Shown here: positions 1 to 10,871 of the stretch, piece after piece
Layout: every line of letters begins with the position of its first letter
Position numbering within the stretch: position 1 is the stretch's first letter
Source: an uncultured Methanoregulaceae archaeon
GTDB lineage: Archaea; Halobacteriota; Methanomicrobia; Methanomicrobiales; Methanospirillaceae
Direction: 5' to 3'
NCBI GenBank assembly: GCA_963717525.1
Contig: OY970343.1
Location: 448,001-512,000 of the forward strand
DNA: 64,000 nucleotides
Notes under the pieces: model-generated
Told to the model about the DNA's origin: nothing
Databases searched by the model: none
Seen by the model: the letters and a program-made list of their open reading frames with translations, nothing else
Program-made: the position numbers and the translations under genes

Positions 1-649
1 TTCCTCGATGAAGCCGATGCGCTCACGACCGATGCGCAGGCCGCATTGCGCAGGACGATGGAGAGCTATGCAAAGACCTGCCGGTTCATCCTCTCCTGCA
101 ACTATTCCTCGAAAATTATCGACCCTATCCAGAGCCGGTGTGCGATCTACCGGTTCCGTCCGCTCGCCCCTCAGGCAGTAAAAGAGGAGATCGCCCGAAT
201 CGCGGCAAAGGAACACCTGACCGTGACGCCCGGTGCGATGGACGCGATGGTCTATATCGCGCAGGGCGACATGCGTAAGGCCATCAACGCCCTGCAGGGT
301 GCGGCAATCATCAGCACAACGATCGAGGCCCCTATGGTGTACGCGATCACCTCCAACGCCCGGCCGGATGAGATTGAGGAGCTCCTGAATCTCGCGCTTG
401 CCGGTGATTTTGACGGGGCCGAATCCCTCCTGATGCAGCCTGCTGCGCGAGCGGGGGATCGCCCCGAACGAACTGATCAACCAGTGTTACCGGGCGCTCG
501 TGAAACGCAGGATGGACCGGGCGCTCAAGGTGGAACTGATCGATGCCCTCGGGGAAACCGACTTCCGGCTCTCTGAGGGGGCAAGCAGCGACATCCAGAT
601 AGAGGCGTTGATCGCCCGGTTTGTTCTTGCAAGCACCCGGAAGCGGTGA
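1..649 (+). CDS. rfcS: Replication factor C small subunit, 5'-truncated by the window edge, with an apparent 1-nt frameshift near 437
   Basis: Frame 1 reads [21 protein letters not shown]...IQSRC...GDMRKAIN (Walker B, SRC and sensor-2 motifs). The C-terminus LLRERGIAP...[23 protein letters not shown] continues in another frame to TGA at 647-649. Confidence 0.92.
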
Positions 650-657
650 GGCGAACC

Positions 658-2769
658 ATGGAAAAGGCACCCGAACTGCACCAGGGCGATCGAACCGACG
701 ACTGGGGCAGGTTTTTAAAAAGCCGGTACAAGAAGGAACTCGGCGAGATCTCGCGTCTCTACCCTCATAAAAGGTCCCTTCTCATCGATTACCGGCAGAT
801 CGAGCGGTTCGGGAAGGCCGGCATCATCCTTGCCGATGAACTGCTGGAGAACCCCGGCAAGGTGCTTGAGGATGTCTGGGACGCGATCAAAAACAACCAG
901 CTGATCCGGGCAAAAGACGGTAAAGAGCCAAAGGGCGTCAATATCCGGTTCACGAACCTTCCCCGGAAGACTGCCATCCGTGAGATCCGGTCCGATGATA
1001 TCAACATGTTTGTCTCTGTCGAGGGCATTCTCCGGAAAACTACTGAAGTGCGCCCACGAATCGTGGAAGCGGTCTTCAAGTGCCCGGCCGGCCACTTCAC
1101 AAAAAAGATCCAGAAGTACGGTAAGTTCATCGAGCCGGATGGCTGCGCAACAGATGGCTGCACGTTCAAGAAACTGGATCTGGTACCCAAGCGCTCCACC
1201 TTTGTCGACTCTCAGAAACTCAGGGTCCAGGAATCCCCCGAGGGGCTGCGGGGGGGCGAACAGCCGCAGACGCTTGATATCGATGTGACCGACGATCTCA
1301 CGGGCATGGTCGCGCCGGGAGACCGGGTCGTCATCAACGGCATTCTCCGGTCCATGCAGCGGATCGTGAGAGGCGAAAAAAGCACGGTCTTTGATATTTT
1401 TCTGGAATGCAATTCGATTGAGATCGCAGAAAAGGAGTTCGAAGAGGTTGAGATTGACGAAAAGGCAGAGGATGAGATCAGGAAGCTTTCCTGTGACCCG
1501 ATGATCTACCGGATGTGTACCCACTCGATCGCCCCCACGATTTACGGTAATGAGGATGTCAAGGAAGCGATTACTCTCCAGCTCTTCGGGGGTATTGCCA
1601 AGGAGATGCCGGACGGGACGCATCTTCGGGGCGATATCCACGTGCTCCTGATAGGTGATCCCGGTATCGCAAAAAGCCAGCTGTTGCGCTACGTCGTGAA
1701 GTGCTCGCCGCGCGCGATCTATACGAGCGGACAGTCGTCGACATCAGCTGGCCTCACGGCGACCGCGGTCAAGGACGAGTTTGGGGAAGGACGCTGGACG
1801 CTTGAGGCAGGAGCCCTGGTACTCGCTGACATGGGTGTCGCCGCAGTCGATGAGATGGATAAGATGCAAAAAGAGGACCGGTCCGCCCTTCATGAAGCGA
1901 TGGAGCAGCAGACTATCAGTGTTGCAAAGGCAGGCATAACGGCGACGCTCAAGTCCCGGTGCGCCCTTCTTGGCGCGGCCAACCCGAAGTACGGGCGTTT
2001 CGATATGTATGGCGATATCGCCGACCAGATCAACATGCCCCCGTCGCTCCTCTCCCGTTTCGACCTGATCTTCATCATGACCGACCAGCCGGAGCAGAAA
2101 CGGGACCTGGCAATCGCCGAGCATATCCTCAAGGCGCACGCCATCGGGGAGCTCATCGTCCAGCACAAAAAGACGCCGATCCCCGGGGTCACGCAGGAGT
2201 ATATCGACCAGCAGCTCAAGCCAGTCATGCCGGATATCGAACCCTCGCTTTTCAGGAAGTACGTCGCGTACTCCAAGCGCACCTGTTTTCCGATCCTCTC
2301 GGCTGAGGCAAAGGAGGCGCTTGTCGGTTACTACCTCAAGCTCAGGGGGATTGCTGAGCCCAACAAGCCGGTGCCTGTGACCGCCCGCCAGCTCGAGGCG
2401 CTTGTACGGCTTGCGGAGGCAAGCGCCCGGATCCGGCTTTCGGACAAGATAGAAGCGGGCGACGCGGAGCGTGTGATCCATATCGTGGACGCGTGCCTGC
2501 GCCAGATTGCCTACGATGCAAAGACCGGTAACTTTGATATTGACAAGGTGGCGACCGGCATATCCAAGGAAAAGCGCGACATTGTCCGGGTGATCAAAGA
2601 CGCGATCCGGGACATCGGCGGGGAAGGCCGGCGCGCCGCCATCGAGCAGGTGATCGAGGCGGTCGCCGCCAAAGGTTTTGGGCAGGACAAGGTGCGGGAA
2701 GGGATCGATATGCTCCTGCGGCATGGCGAGGCCATGGAGCCAAAGCAGGGCATTATCCAGCTGATATGA
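658..2769 (+). CDS. mcm: Minichromosome maintenance (MCM) replicative helicase
   Basis: Walker A GDPGIAKSQ, DEMDKM, SLLSRFD, TARQLEALVRL, N-terminal Zn finger and C-terminal winged helix. No intein seen. Confidence 0.97.
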   Translation: MEKAPELHQGDRTDDWGRFLKSRYKKELGEISRLYPHKRSLLIDYRQIERFGKAGIILADELLENPGKVLEDVWDAIKNNQLIRAKDGKEPKGVNIRFTNLPRKTAIREIRSDDINMFVSVEGILRKTTEVRPRIVEAVFKCPAGHFTKKIQKYGKFIEPDGCATDGCTFKKLDLVPKRSTFVDSQKLRVQESPEGLRGGEQPQTLDIDVTDDLTGMVAPGDRVVINGILRSMQRIVRGEKSTVFDIFLECNSIEIAEKEFEEVEIDEKAEDEIRKLSCDPMIYRMCTHSIAPTIYGNEDVKEAITLQLFGGIAKEMPDGTHLRGDIHVLLIGDPGIAKSQLLRYVVKCSPRAIYTSGQSSTSAGLTATAVKDEFGEGRWTLEAGALVLADMGVAAVDEMDKMQKEDRSALHEAMEQQTISVAKAGITATLKSRCALLGAANPKYGRFDMYGDIADQINMPPSLLSRFDLIFIMTDQPEQKRDLAIAEHILKAHAIGELIVQHKKTPIPGVTQEYIDQQLKPVMPDIEPSLFRKYVAYSKRTCFPILSAEAKEALVGYYLKLRGIAEPNKPVPVTARQLEALVRLAEASARIRLSDKIEAGDAERVIHIVDACLRQIAYDAKTGNFDIDKVATGISKEKRDIVRVIKDAIRDIGGEGRRAAIEQVIEAVAAKGFGQDKVREGIDMLLRHGEAMEPKQGIIQLI

Positions 2770-2806
2770 GGTGAGCGCACGTGAGACCGTCACAGGAATC
2801 CGGGCA

Positions 2807-3158
2807 ATGCAAGTGATCGCGAACGGGCCATCTTCGAGGCCGGGATCAAGCTCGGGGCACTCTACCACCAGTGGGTGGGAACGCCCATTTCACAGGAATC
2901 GGCGGCAAGTGTGGAGTCGGCGATTGAAAAAGCCGTGATCCTCCAGCCCTTTGTCGAGGAAATCACGGTAAAGCTCAACTGCACGCTGATGCAAAAGAAT
3001 GTATTCGGGTACAGCGAACTCTCCGGTTTGATGTTTGATGTGGAGATCGTGACCCGGGTGGGCTTTTGTACTGCCGGGCCGCTCTTGCGCCGGAGAATGG
3101 CTACCCCCTTATGAGAATCCTCGAGTGCCATGAGATCACGACTCTTTCCAATTACTGA
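2807..3158 (+). CDS. Archaeal dihydroneopterin aldolase (MptD-like), with two apparent frameshifts (~2810, ~3075)
   Basis: SDRERAIFEAGIKLGALYHQWVGTP...FGYSEL, then ENGYPLMRI in a shifted frame. Confidence 0.8.
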
Positions 3159-3957
3159 CGATCATATCCATTTCGACCCGGTGAACGGGCGGGGGATTGA
3201 CGCAGCAAAGGATTTCCTGCACGCGGGAGGGACGCATATCTTCCTTGTCTCAAAACCCTCGTGGTCGCTTGGGATCACACCGGCCTCTGGCACCGATTAT
3301 GCACAGGTCTTTGACGAAACCCTTCGTATTGCCGGGCTGATACGGGAGACGGGCCTTGTGGTGTTCCCTGTCCTTGGGATCCACCCAGCGGAGATCAGCC
3401 GGCTTACGGAACGCATGCCCCTTGCAGATGCCGCCGGCGTTATGAAAGGCGGCCTTGAATGTGCTGCAGGTTATGTCAGGGATGGCCGGGCCGTGGCGCT
3501 CAAGAGCGGGCGGCCGCATTACGAGGTAAGCTCCGAGGTGCTTGCAGCGTCAAACGATGTGCTGTTCCATGCACTCGGGCTTGCTGCTGGATACCGGTGC
3601 GCCCTCCAGATCCACGCGGAGAGCGGGCCGTGTGCCGATATCGTTGATATGGCCAGGGTTGCAGGTATGACGGTTGAACGCGTGGTCAAGCACTACGGCT
3701 CACCAGAGACACCGCTCCACCCCTCGCTTGTAGCCCGTCACGAGGCAGTGCCGGTCCTTGCGCGTGAGCACCGGCCCTTTACCATGGAGAGCGATTTCAT
3801 GGATGAAAACTCGCGGCCCGGCGCTGTGACGGGCCCGAAATCCGTCCCCCGGATCACAAAGAAACTCCTCGAATCGGGCGTGATCAACGAGGAGGACTGC
3901 TGGCGTATCCACGGCGAGACCATAGAGAAAGTCTATGGCGTCCGCATCACGCTGTAG
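3130..3957 (+). CDS. TatD-family metal-dependent hydrolase
   Basis: DDHIH, GIHP, GRPHY, QIHAE, VKHY, MESDF motifs. Confidence 0.85.
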   Translation: MRSRLFPITDDHIHFDPVNGRGIDAAKDFLHAGGTHIFLVSKPSWSLGITPASGTDYAQVFDETLRIAGLIRETGLVVFPVLGIHPAEISRLTERMPLADAAGVMKGGLECAAGYVRDGRAVALKSGRPHYEVSSEVLAASNDVLFHALGLAAGYRCALQIHAESGPCADIVDMARVAGMTVERVVKHYGSPETPLHPSLVARHEAVPVLAREHRPFTMESDFMDENSRPGAVTGPKSVPRITKKLLESGVINEEDCWRIHGETIEKVYGVRITL

Positions 3958-4009
3958 AACGGGGTATCTTCCCATCTTTTATCTGGTGGCTCGGCAAAAC
4001 AACTGATCA

Positions 4010-4303
4010 ATGTATCTCAAAATCCACCGGTTGCCCGGAACGGGTGACGTGGTTGCGGTCTGCGACCGCGAACTGCTCAATATGACCATAACTGACGGCG
4101 ATCTCAAAGTAACCGTATCTGAATATTTCTACGGCACCACTCCCGTGGACGAAGCAGCAGTCATCGAAGCCCTGAGCAGGGGCGACAACGTCAATCTTAT
4201 TGGAGAACGCTCGGTTGGCGTTGCGGTAAAACTGGGACTTATAGCCCGGGCGGACTGTATTATGGTCGGCAGCGTCCCGCATGCCCAGATCTACCAGCTA
4301 TGA
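4010..4303 (+). CDS. DUF424-family archaeal protein
   Basis: VVAVCDRELL, FYG, NLIGERSV, VPHAQ motifs; adjacent to NMD3. Confidence 0.8.
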   Translation: MYLKIHRLPGTGDVVAVCDRELLNMTITDGDLKVTVSEYFYGTTPVDEAAVIEALSRGDNVNLIGERSVGVAVKLGLIARADCIMVGSVPHAQIYQL

Positions 4304-5343
4304 CCACGATCAGGGATCGGTTCTGCCCGAAATGCGGCAGGCCTGCGGAGACGGACGGCCTCTGTATGATATGCCGTGCGGCAGAGACCCCGTGGGCCGC
4401 ATGCGATACGCGGGTTGCACGTACCCACTGCCCCAGCTGCGGTGCGACAAAGCAGGTGAACACCTGGACGGATACGGAACGTGAGCAGGCGGAGATCGCG
4501 CCCGACCTTGCACGGAGTGCGGTGCACTTCCACCCTAATGTGAAGAAACGCTCGATTGCCGTGGAAGTGCGGGATATCAGCCCCAACCGGTCCCGGGCCT
4601 ACCTCACGATCACCGGTACCCTGTACGGGCTTTCCATGGAGAAGACCTGCACGGTCGAACTGGTCTGGCACAAGGAGCAGTGCGACCGGTGCAACCGGAT
4701 CACCGGTAGTTACTACGAGGGGATCGTGCAGGTCCGTGCGGACCAACGCGATTTAAGCCCGTTTGAACTGCAATCGGCAGCAGCCATTGCAACCCAGATC
4801 GAGGAATCCCTTATTGCCGGGGGCGAGCGCCTCTCGTTTATCTCCGATATGACCGAGAGCAGGGATGGCCTTGACATCACCGTCGGCTCACAGCATATCG
4901 GCCTTTTGATCGTTCAGGGTATAACGGCGCAGTTTGGGGGACGGTACACAACGCACCCGAAACTTGTGGGTGAGAAAAACGGGCGACAGCTTTTCCGTAT
5001 CACGTATCTTGTCCGCCTGCCCCGGTACCAGCGGCATGACGTGGTCAGACTCGGCCGGGTCTACGCCGAAGTGGAGCAGGTGGACTCCCGGCATGTGCGG
5101 GTTTTCGACCTGTCTGAGGGAAGGAGCCGTTCAATAAAAGAGGATGAGATCCTCAGGAGGATTGGCAATGCGCGGAATGCGCAGCCGGCGTTTGTCGCGT
5201 ATATTGCTGGCGGGATGATGGGCATCCTCGACCCGGAGACCGGCGTGACAAAGGAATACCCGAAAAAGCCCTGGCAGACGATTGTTGCCGGGGAGAACGT
5301 GCAGGTGCTCCGTGACGGGGACATCCTTGTCGTTATGAGGTAA
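4300..5343 (+). CDS. NMD3-family ribosome biogenesis protein
   Basis: FCPKCG, CMIC, CPSCG, CDRC zinc knuckles; YYEGIVQVR; LVGEKNG...RITYLVRLP. Confidence 0.88.
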   Translation: MTTIRDRFCPKCGRPAETDGLCMICRAAETPWAACDTRVARTHCPSCGATKQVNTWTDTEREQAEIAPDLARSAVHFHPNVKKRSIAVEVRDISPNRSRAYLTITGTLYGLSMEKTCTVELVWHKEQCDRCNRITGSYYEGIVQVRADQRDLSPFELQSAAAIATQIEESLIAGGERLSFISDMTESRDGLDITVGSQHIGLLIVQGITAQFGGRYTTHPKLVGEKNGRQLFRITYLVRLPRYQRHDVVRLGRVYAEVEQVDSRHVRVFDLSEGRSRSIKEDEILRRIGNARNAQPAFVAYIAGGMMGILDPETGVTKEYPKKPWQTIVAGENVQVLRDGDILVVMR

Positions 5344-5357
5344 CATTCCGGGGCATT

Positions 5358-6237
5358 ATGCGAGCACGAGCAGTCCGGACGGATCAGCTTGCGGGGGTCC
5401 GCAATGCTGCATGGGTCGATACGACCCGGCACCCCTACGTGACCGGGGAGATCGCATGGGTGCCGGTCCGGGAGGGTCTCCTGTTCGATTGCGAGATCCC
5501 GGAACGTCACGAATACAGCGGCCGCGGCTATTTTATGCTTGGCGATGCGGCGGTCATCCACGGGAACCGGCCCACCGATCAGGAAGTTGAGGGGATCGTC
5601 CGCTTCCGGCGCCCGCGCGGCGTGCTCTGGATCGAATCGCTCACTGATGTGACCCGGACCCCGGCCACGGAGGTCATGTGGGGCCATGTCGGGGAGGTAT
5701 GTCACCGGGAGGGCGGATATTCCTACTCTCTTGATCCCCGCAAGGTGATGTTCGCACAAGGCAACCGTGGTGAGAAGGTGAGGATGGCCCGGCTCGTCCG
5801 CGAAGGCCATGCGGGTGCGCGGGTGGCGGATATGTTTGCCGGCATCGGCTACTTCACCATCCCGATGGCGGGAAGCGGGGCACAGGTCCATGCAATGGAG
5901 ATCAACCCGGTCGCCTTTGCGTACCTGGAGCAGAATATTGCAAAGAACGGTCTTACCGGGCAGGGTGAATGCATCCTGCGGGGACTGCCGCACCCTGCTC
6001 TCCGGCTTTTATGACCGGGTCGTGATGGGGCATTTCGACGCCGTCAGCATACTGCCTCTAGTCTTCCCTCATGTGGGTGAAGGAAGCGTTATCCACGTGC
6101 ACAGCATCGGCGAGGCGACAGAAGCGATCCGGGACCTGGTTGAAGGCGCAGGTTTTTCTGCCTCCATCCAGGTACATAAGGTAAAGAAATACCGCCCGCA
6201 CACATGGCATGTCGTGCAGGATGTGACCCTCTCGTGA
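5358..6237 (+). CDS. Met-10+/Taw2-like SAM-dependent tRNA-modifying enzyme, frameshift near 5960
   Basis: KVMFAQGNRGEK, DMFAGIGYFTIP, EINP; continuation GDCR...YDRVVMGH...VHKVKKYRPHTWHVVQD in the 5809..6237 frame. Confidence 0.8.
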
Positions 6238-7403
6238 CCGTACAGACCCTCGCAGGAAAAGAGATCGTGATCGGCGTGACCGGGAGCATCGCCGCTGTCG
6301 AAACCGTGAAACTCATCCATGCGTTGCGCAGGAAAGGAGCAGGGGTCCAGCCGGTCATGAGCGCGGCGGCGCTGGGCATTATTCATCCCGATGCTCTCAC
6401 GTACGCGAGTGGCAGGCAGACGATCACCCGGCTCTCGGGCCTTGTTGAGCATGTGACATACTGTGGCGATGGCGGGACCACCTCGCTTCTTCTTGTTGCG
6501 CCCTGCACGGCAAATACCCTCGGGAAGATCGCGTGCGGTATCGATGATACGCCGGTTACGACGTTTGCCACGACTGCGCTTGGCAGTGGGATGCCGGTGC
6601 TCGTAGTACCTGCGATGCACCATAGCATGTACCGGCACCCGGCGGTGGTGAGGAACATCAAAACCCTCAAATCGTGGGGCGTTGGCTTCGCGGGCCCGAA
6701 GGTCGAAGAGGGGAAGGCAAAGATCGCCGGGATTGATGAGATCGTCCTCCGCTGCGAGCGGGCCGTCCTCGGCAGTCCGCTTGCCGGGAAAAAGGTACTG
6801 GTCACGAGCGGTGCCTGCCGCGAACCGGTGGATGACGTGCGGGTGCTGACCACCCGGTCCAGCGGGCAGATGGGGCAGGAGCTTGCGCTCGAAGCATACC
6901 GGCTCGGTGCCGATGTCACCGTCGTACACAACAGTTTCCTGCCCTGCGTGGAGAACGTGCCAGTGGAGACTGCAGCGGATATGCGCAGGGCTGTAAACAC
7001 GTATCTCAAAAAACGGAGTCCCGACCTCTATATCAGCGCTGCGGCCATCTCGGATTTTGCCCCAAAAAAAGTTGAAGGGAAGATAAAAAGCGGGAAACCG
7101 CTCGCGCTCGCGCTCTCCCCGCTCCCGAAACTGATCGACAGTGTCCTTGAACATGGTGTGAAGCAGGTTGTCGCCTTTAAGATTGGGAGAACGCCCCTGC
7201 CGGAGGCAAAGGCGCTGCTTGACCGCGGCGTTTGGATAGTCGTTACCAATACTCCTAAAAGCATGGGTACGGCCACCGGCTCCTACCGTATCCTGACCGG
7301 GAAGACAAAGACAGGCATGCCGGTCTCCGGAACAAAGGAGGAGATTGCCGCCCGGATCTGGCAGGCAACCCTGTCCGGGATGAAAAAGACCGGTGGTCCA
7401 TGA
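6234..7403 (+). CDS. coaBC: Bifunctional phosphopantothenoylcysteine decarboxylase/synthetase
   Basis: GVTGSIAA, APCTANTLGKIACGIDD, PAMH, EPVDDVRVLTTRSSG, AAAISDF; clustered with PoK and PPS. Confidence 0.93.
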   Translation: MTVQTLAGKEIVIGVTGSIAAVETVKLIHALRRKGAGVQPVMSAAALGIIHPDALTYASGRQTITRLSGLVEHVTYCGDGGTTSLLLVAPCTANTLGKIACGIDDTPVTTFATTALGSGMPVLVVPAMHHSMYRHPAVVRNIKTLKSWGVGFAGPKVEEGKAKIAGIDEIVLRCERAVLGSPLAGKKVLVTSGACREPVDDVRVLTTRSSGQMGQELALEAYRLGADVTVVHNSFLPCVENVPVETAADMRRAVNTYLKKRSPDLYISAAAISDFAPKKVEGKIKSGKPLALALSPLPKLIDSVLEHGVKQVVAFKIGRTPLPEAKALLDRGVWIVVTNTPKSMGTATGSYRILTGKTKTGMPVSGTKEEIAARIWQATLSGMKKTGGP

Positions 7404-7485
7404 CCGGGCCTGGGTTGCATACCCCCGTGAACATAACTCCTAAAAGAGCCGACGTCCAACCAGATATCACAGGTACCAGACTGCC

Positions 7486-8350
7486 ATGACACCTGCATCC
7501 GTGACAGCGTTCTGTCCCGGCCACATCTCCGGATACTTCAGGAGGGTTGACGGACATGATCCGGCAACAACGGGGAGCATTGGTGCCGGCATCGTGATAA
7601 ACGAGGGAGTGACCGCCACCGTGAGACTTTCCCCCCACTCATCCGTAGTTGTGCGCGTCCGGTCACCGGAAGGCACGGCCCGGGAAATATCCCGTACATC
7701 CCCTCCCCTTTCTTTTGCGCTTGACCGTCTGGGTGTAACTGTTGCTGTTGAGACCGTCTGCCGGCTCCCTATCGGCGCCGGTTTCGGCCTCTCTGCCGCG
7801 GCGCTCCTCGCCACGCTTTCGGCCACCAACAGGCTTCTGGCCCTCGATCTTGGTGCAGATGCGATCGCAGAACTTGCCCACGAGACCGAGGTAATCTTCC
7901 GTACCGGCCTTGGGGATGTTGCTGCATGCCAGGGAGGCGGGCGCGTCGTGCGGACAGGCCCCGGCATCCACGGCACGATCCTCCGCAGTTTCGATCTTGA
8001 CGCCCCGGTCTGCGCCGTCAGTTTCGGCCCAATCCACACGCCGGATGTGCTTGGCTCTCCCGCACAGATGGCACAAGTGGCTGCGGCATTTCCCCAAAGG
8101 CAGCCAAAGAATTTTATGGAATTTTTTGCCTGCTGCAGGGAATTTTCGGCAGGAAGCGGACTTGAAACACCCGCAGTACAGCGGGTCCTTGCCGAATGCG
8201 ACCGGGCAGGGTATTCCGGCTGCGATGACCATGCTTGGCGACGGGGTATTTGCCTATGGTGAGCGTGCCTGCGATGCGCTTCGTCCCTTCGGCGAGGTAT
8301 ACGGGATGGGTATGGCAGATGCCGGTGTACGGGTGGAGAGTGCCGCATGA
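7486..8350 (+). CDS. Pantoate kinase (archaeal GHMP family), frameshift near 8212
   Basis: AFCPGHISGYF, GSIGAG, LPIGAGFGLSAA, TGLGDV; C-terminal AAMTMLGDGVFA in the shifted frame. Confidence 0.88.
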
Positions 8351-9078
8351 TCCCCAAAAACCACCCAAGGTACAAATCATTAGTTACCCGGGAGCATCTC
8401 GCAGAGAATGCACGATCGGGCATCGTCTCATGGGAGGGTCTGATCTCCCATGGCCGTGGCGAGGCATTCGATTACCTGATTGGGGAAAAGACCAGTGAGA
8501 GCGCCCGCCGGGCTGCGAGGACAGCGGCGGCCCTGCTCCGCACTGCGCGGCATCCGGTTATCTCGGTGAACGGCAACACTGCTGTCCTCGCAGCACAAAA
8601 GATCGCGCTGCTCCAGAAGGTAAGCGGTGCGCTTGTCGAGGTCAATCTCTTTCACCGTACATCGGAACGAGTGCAGCAGATCGAAACCCTGCTACGGAAC
8701 GCGGGAGTTGATGTTTTTTCCGGGAACGCGGAGCGCCTGCTTCCACTCTCGCACGACCGGGCATTCTGCCGGCGAGAGGGAATGTATGCTGCAGATGTGG
8801 TCCTGGTCCCGCTCGAAGATGGCGACCGGTGCGGCGTCCTGGTCGCAATGGGAAAAAAAGTGATCGCGATCGATCTCAATCCCCTCTCCCGCACCGCAAA
8901 GACCGCTACCCTGACCATCGTGGATGACGTGACCCGGGCCCTGCCGCTTATTGCCGAAGCCTGCGCATCGATCACCGATGAAGAGTGCCGCGATCTGATT
9001 GCGACGCTGGATAATCCTGCTTTCCTCAGGGAAGCGCGGGACGAGATGGCAGCGAGGTTGTGTCATGCTCTGGACTGA
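8347..9078 (+). CDS. 4-phosphopantoate--beta-alanine ligase (phosphopantothenate synthetase)
   Basis: IPKNHPRYKSL, HGRGEAFDYLIGE, ISVNGN, VPLEDGDR, IDLNPLSRT. Confidence 0.93.
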   Translation: MIPKNHPRYKSLVTREHLAENARSGIVSWEGLISHGRGEAFDYLIGEKTSESARRAARTAAALLRTARHPVISVNGNTAVLAAQKIALLQKVSGALVEVNLFHRTSERVQQIETLLRNAGVDVFSGNAERLLPLSHDRAFCRREGMYAADVVLVPLEDGDRCGVLVAMGKKVIAIDLNPLSRTAKTATLTIVDDVTRALPLIAEACASITDEECRDLIATLDNPAFLREARDEMAARLCHALD

Positions 9079-10063
9079 ACGCTACCGCCCGGAGCGGCTC
9101 GATGATATTGCGGGGCAGGACCAGGTCATCGGACTCCTGTCGTCCTGCGCGGCCTCGGGTACCATCCCACACCTGATGCTTGCCGGCCCGCACGGGACCG
9201 GCAAAAGCGCAGCGATACGGTGCTTTGCCGAGCAACTGTATGGTGCGAACTGGGAGGGTAATACTTCGATCTTCCAGACGGCAGACCTCTTCTCGCAGGG
9301 AAAGAAACTGCTTGAGGAAGATGAGCGGTATGCCCACCTGTACCAGAAGGGCCAGAGCCTGATTGTGAACTTCAAGTATATCCTGAAATGGTATGCCTCG
9401 ATGCGCCCGCTTGATGCCGATTTCAAGCTGATGGTCTTTGAAGACGCGCATGCTCTCACCCGCGAGGCCCAGCAGGGGCTTCGCCGGATCATGGAACAGT
9501 ACAGCCGTACCTGCCGTTTCGTCTTTTCTACCACCAACCAGAGCGCGATCATCCCTGCGATCAGCTCGCGCTGCCTGCCGCTGTTCTTTGCGCCGCTTCC
9601 TTCCAGGGTGCTTATCGCACGATTTTCTGCGATCCGGAAACGGGAGGAGCAGGGCACGCGGTTCACCTGTACAAACGATGACCTCGAACTGATCGCAGAG
9701 GCAGCGCAGGGAGACATGCGCCGGGGGATCCTGATGCTCCAGGCCGCTTACCAAGCCGGCTCCTGCAACAACCTTGTGAAGATGTCGCAGTCAGAGACCG
9801 GAACAGTTGCCGGCTCGGCAATCAGCCTGATCAAGGAAGGGGACCTTAAAGGGGGCATCCGCCAGCTTGAGTCCCTGATGATCGATTATGGTCTCTCGGG
9901 CCGGGAGGTCCTCTCTGAGATCCGGACGGTTGCCCTGCGGGAGTACAACCACCCTCTGCTTGCAACCGCCCTTGCCGATACAGACGCCCGTCTTGGGCAT
10001 GCAAACAACGAATTTGTCCAGATCGACTCCTTTGCAACAGGAATAAAGGAGATATTTCCATGA
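9065..10063 (+). CDS. Replication factor C small subunit 2 (divergent RFCS paralogue)
   Basis: LWTERYRP, GPHGTGKS, degenerate Walker B FEDAH, AQQGLRRIME, ISSRC, GDMRR. Confidence 0.85.
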   Translation: MLWTERYRPERLDDIAGQDQVIGLLSSCAASGTIPHLMLAGPHGTGKSAAIRCFAEQLYGANWEGNTSIFQTADLFSQGKKLLEEDERYAHLYQKGQSLIVNFKYILKWYASMRPLDADFKLMVFEDAHALTREAQQGLRRIMEQYSRTCRFVFSTTNQSAIIPAISSRCLPLFFAPLPSRVLIARFSAIRKREEQGTRFTCTNDDLELIAEAAQGDMRRGILMLQAAYQAGSCNNLVKMSQSETGTVAGSAISLIKEGDLKGGIRQLESLMIDYGLSGREVLSEIRTVALREYNHPLLATALADTDARLGHANNEFVQIDSFATGIKEIFP

Positions 10064-10794
10064 CCCTCGCCAGACGGGAGAAAATTCAGCAGCACTACGA
10101 TGATATTGCGGATGTATACGATCTTCACTACGACCATCCCCGCGGCAGGTCTTACCATACGCGCATCAGCAGCCACGTGATGGAAGCCCTCCCCACGGGT
10201 GGCGTACTTCTTGATATCGGCTGCGGCACCGGCCTCTTTGTCGAAAAGTATCTCCGTCACGGGGGGACGGCTGTTGGTATCGACCTGAGCAGGAATATGA
10301 TCGAGAGGGCACGCGTCCGGTGCGGATGCTCTGATTTTACCCTCGGGACCGGGGAGTCCATCCCGTTTAGCGATAACACGTTTGATGCTATCTCCAGTCT
10401 CCTTGTCTTCAGTTATGTGCGCGATCCGCAGGCCATGCTCAAGGAGGCATATCGGGTGCTGCGCCCGGGCGGTGCGATCTCAATCTGCACGCTCGGGAAG
10501 AAACTGCTGACCAGCGGTATTCCGGTTATCTACAGGGTGAGCGAAAAGATCCGGATCCCGCATGTGGTTATGAAGGATTTTGGCGAGCGTTACTATGACG
10601 AGGGTGAGATGTATCAACTCTTTAGCGAGGCCGGGTTCTGCGATGTGAAGGTTAACTGGTGCTCGTTTGCCCACATCGACATGGTCGATCCGCTCTTCAA
10701 CCTCGCGCAGCGGATGGAGCCTTTTATCGAGCGCCGGGTTCCCCAGCTGGCGTATAACATCTGTGTGGACGCGAGAAAACCCAAATCGGGATAG
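10060..10794 (+). CDS. Class I SAM-dependent methyltransferase
   Basis: LLDIGCGTG, GIDLS, PFSDNTFD, RVLRPGG. Confidence 0.88.
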   Translation: MTLARREKIQQHYDDIADVYDLHYDHPRGRSYHTRISSHVMEALPTGGVLLDIGCGTGLFVEKYLRHGGTAVGIDLSRNMIERARVRCGCSDFTLGTGESIPFSDNTFDAISSLLVFSYVRDPQAMLKEAYRVLRPGGAISICTLGKKLLTSGIPVIYRVSEKIRIPHVVMKDFGERYYDEGEMYQLFSEAGFCDVKVNWCSFAHIDMVDPLFNLAQRMEPFIERRVPQLAYNICVDARKPKSG

Positions 10795-10871
10795 CATTTT
10801 CAGAGGAGGGGTACATCTCTCCCCCAACCTTTATCAGCCGCACGGCAGAATTGAATAAGGAGTTTTAGCAT

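Noticed and set aside
715..2868. Long antisense ORFs opposite mcm (and similarly opposite gyrA, gyrB and the acyl-CoA ligase)
   Set aside because: Shadow ORFs expected from GC-rich codon bias on the coding strand.
7404..7485. RNA gene in the coaBC-PoK gap
   Set aside because: No tRNA cloverleaf or C/D box pair was recognisable.
9065..10063. Second RFC small subunit as a novelty
   Set aside because: Two small-subunit types (RFCS1/RFCS2) are established in Methanosarcina and related methanogens.
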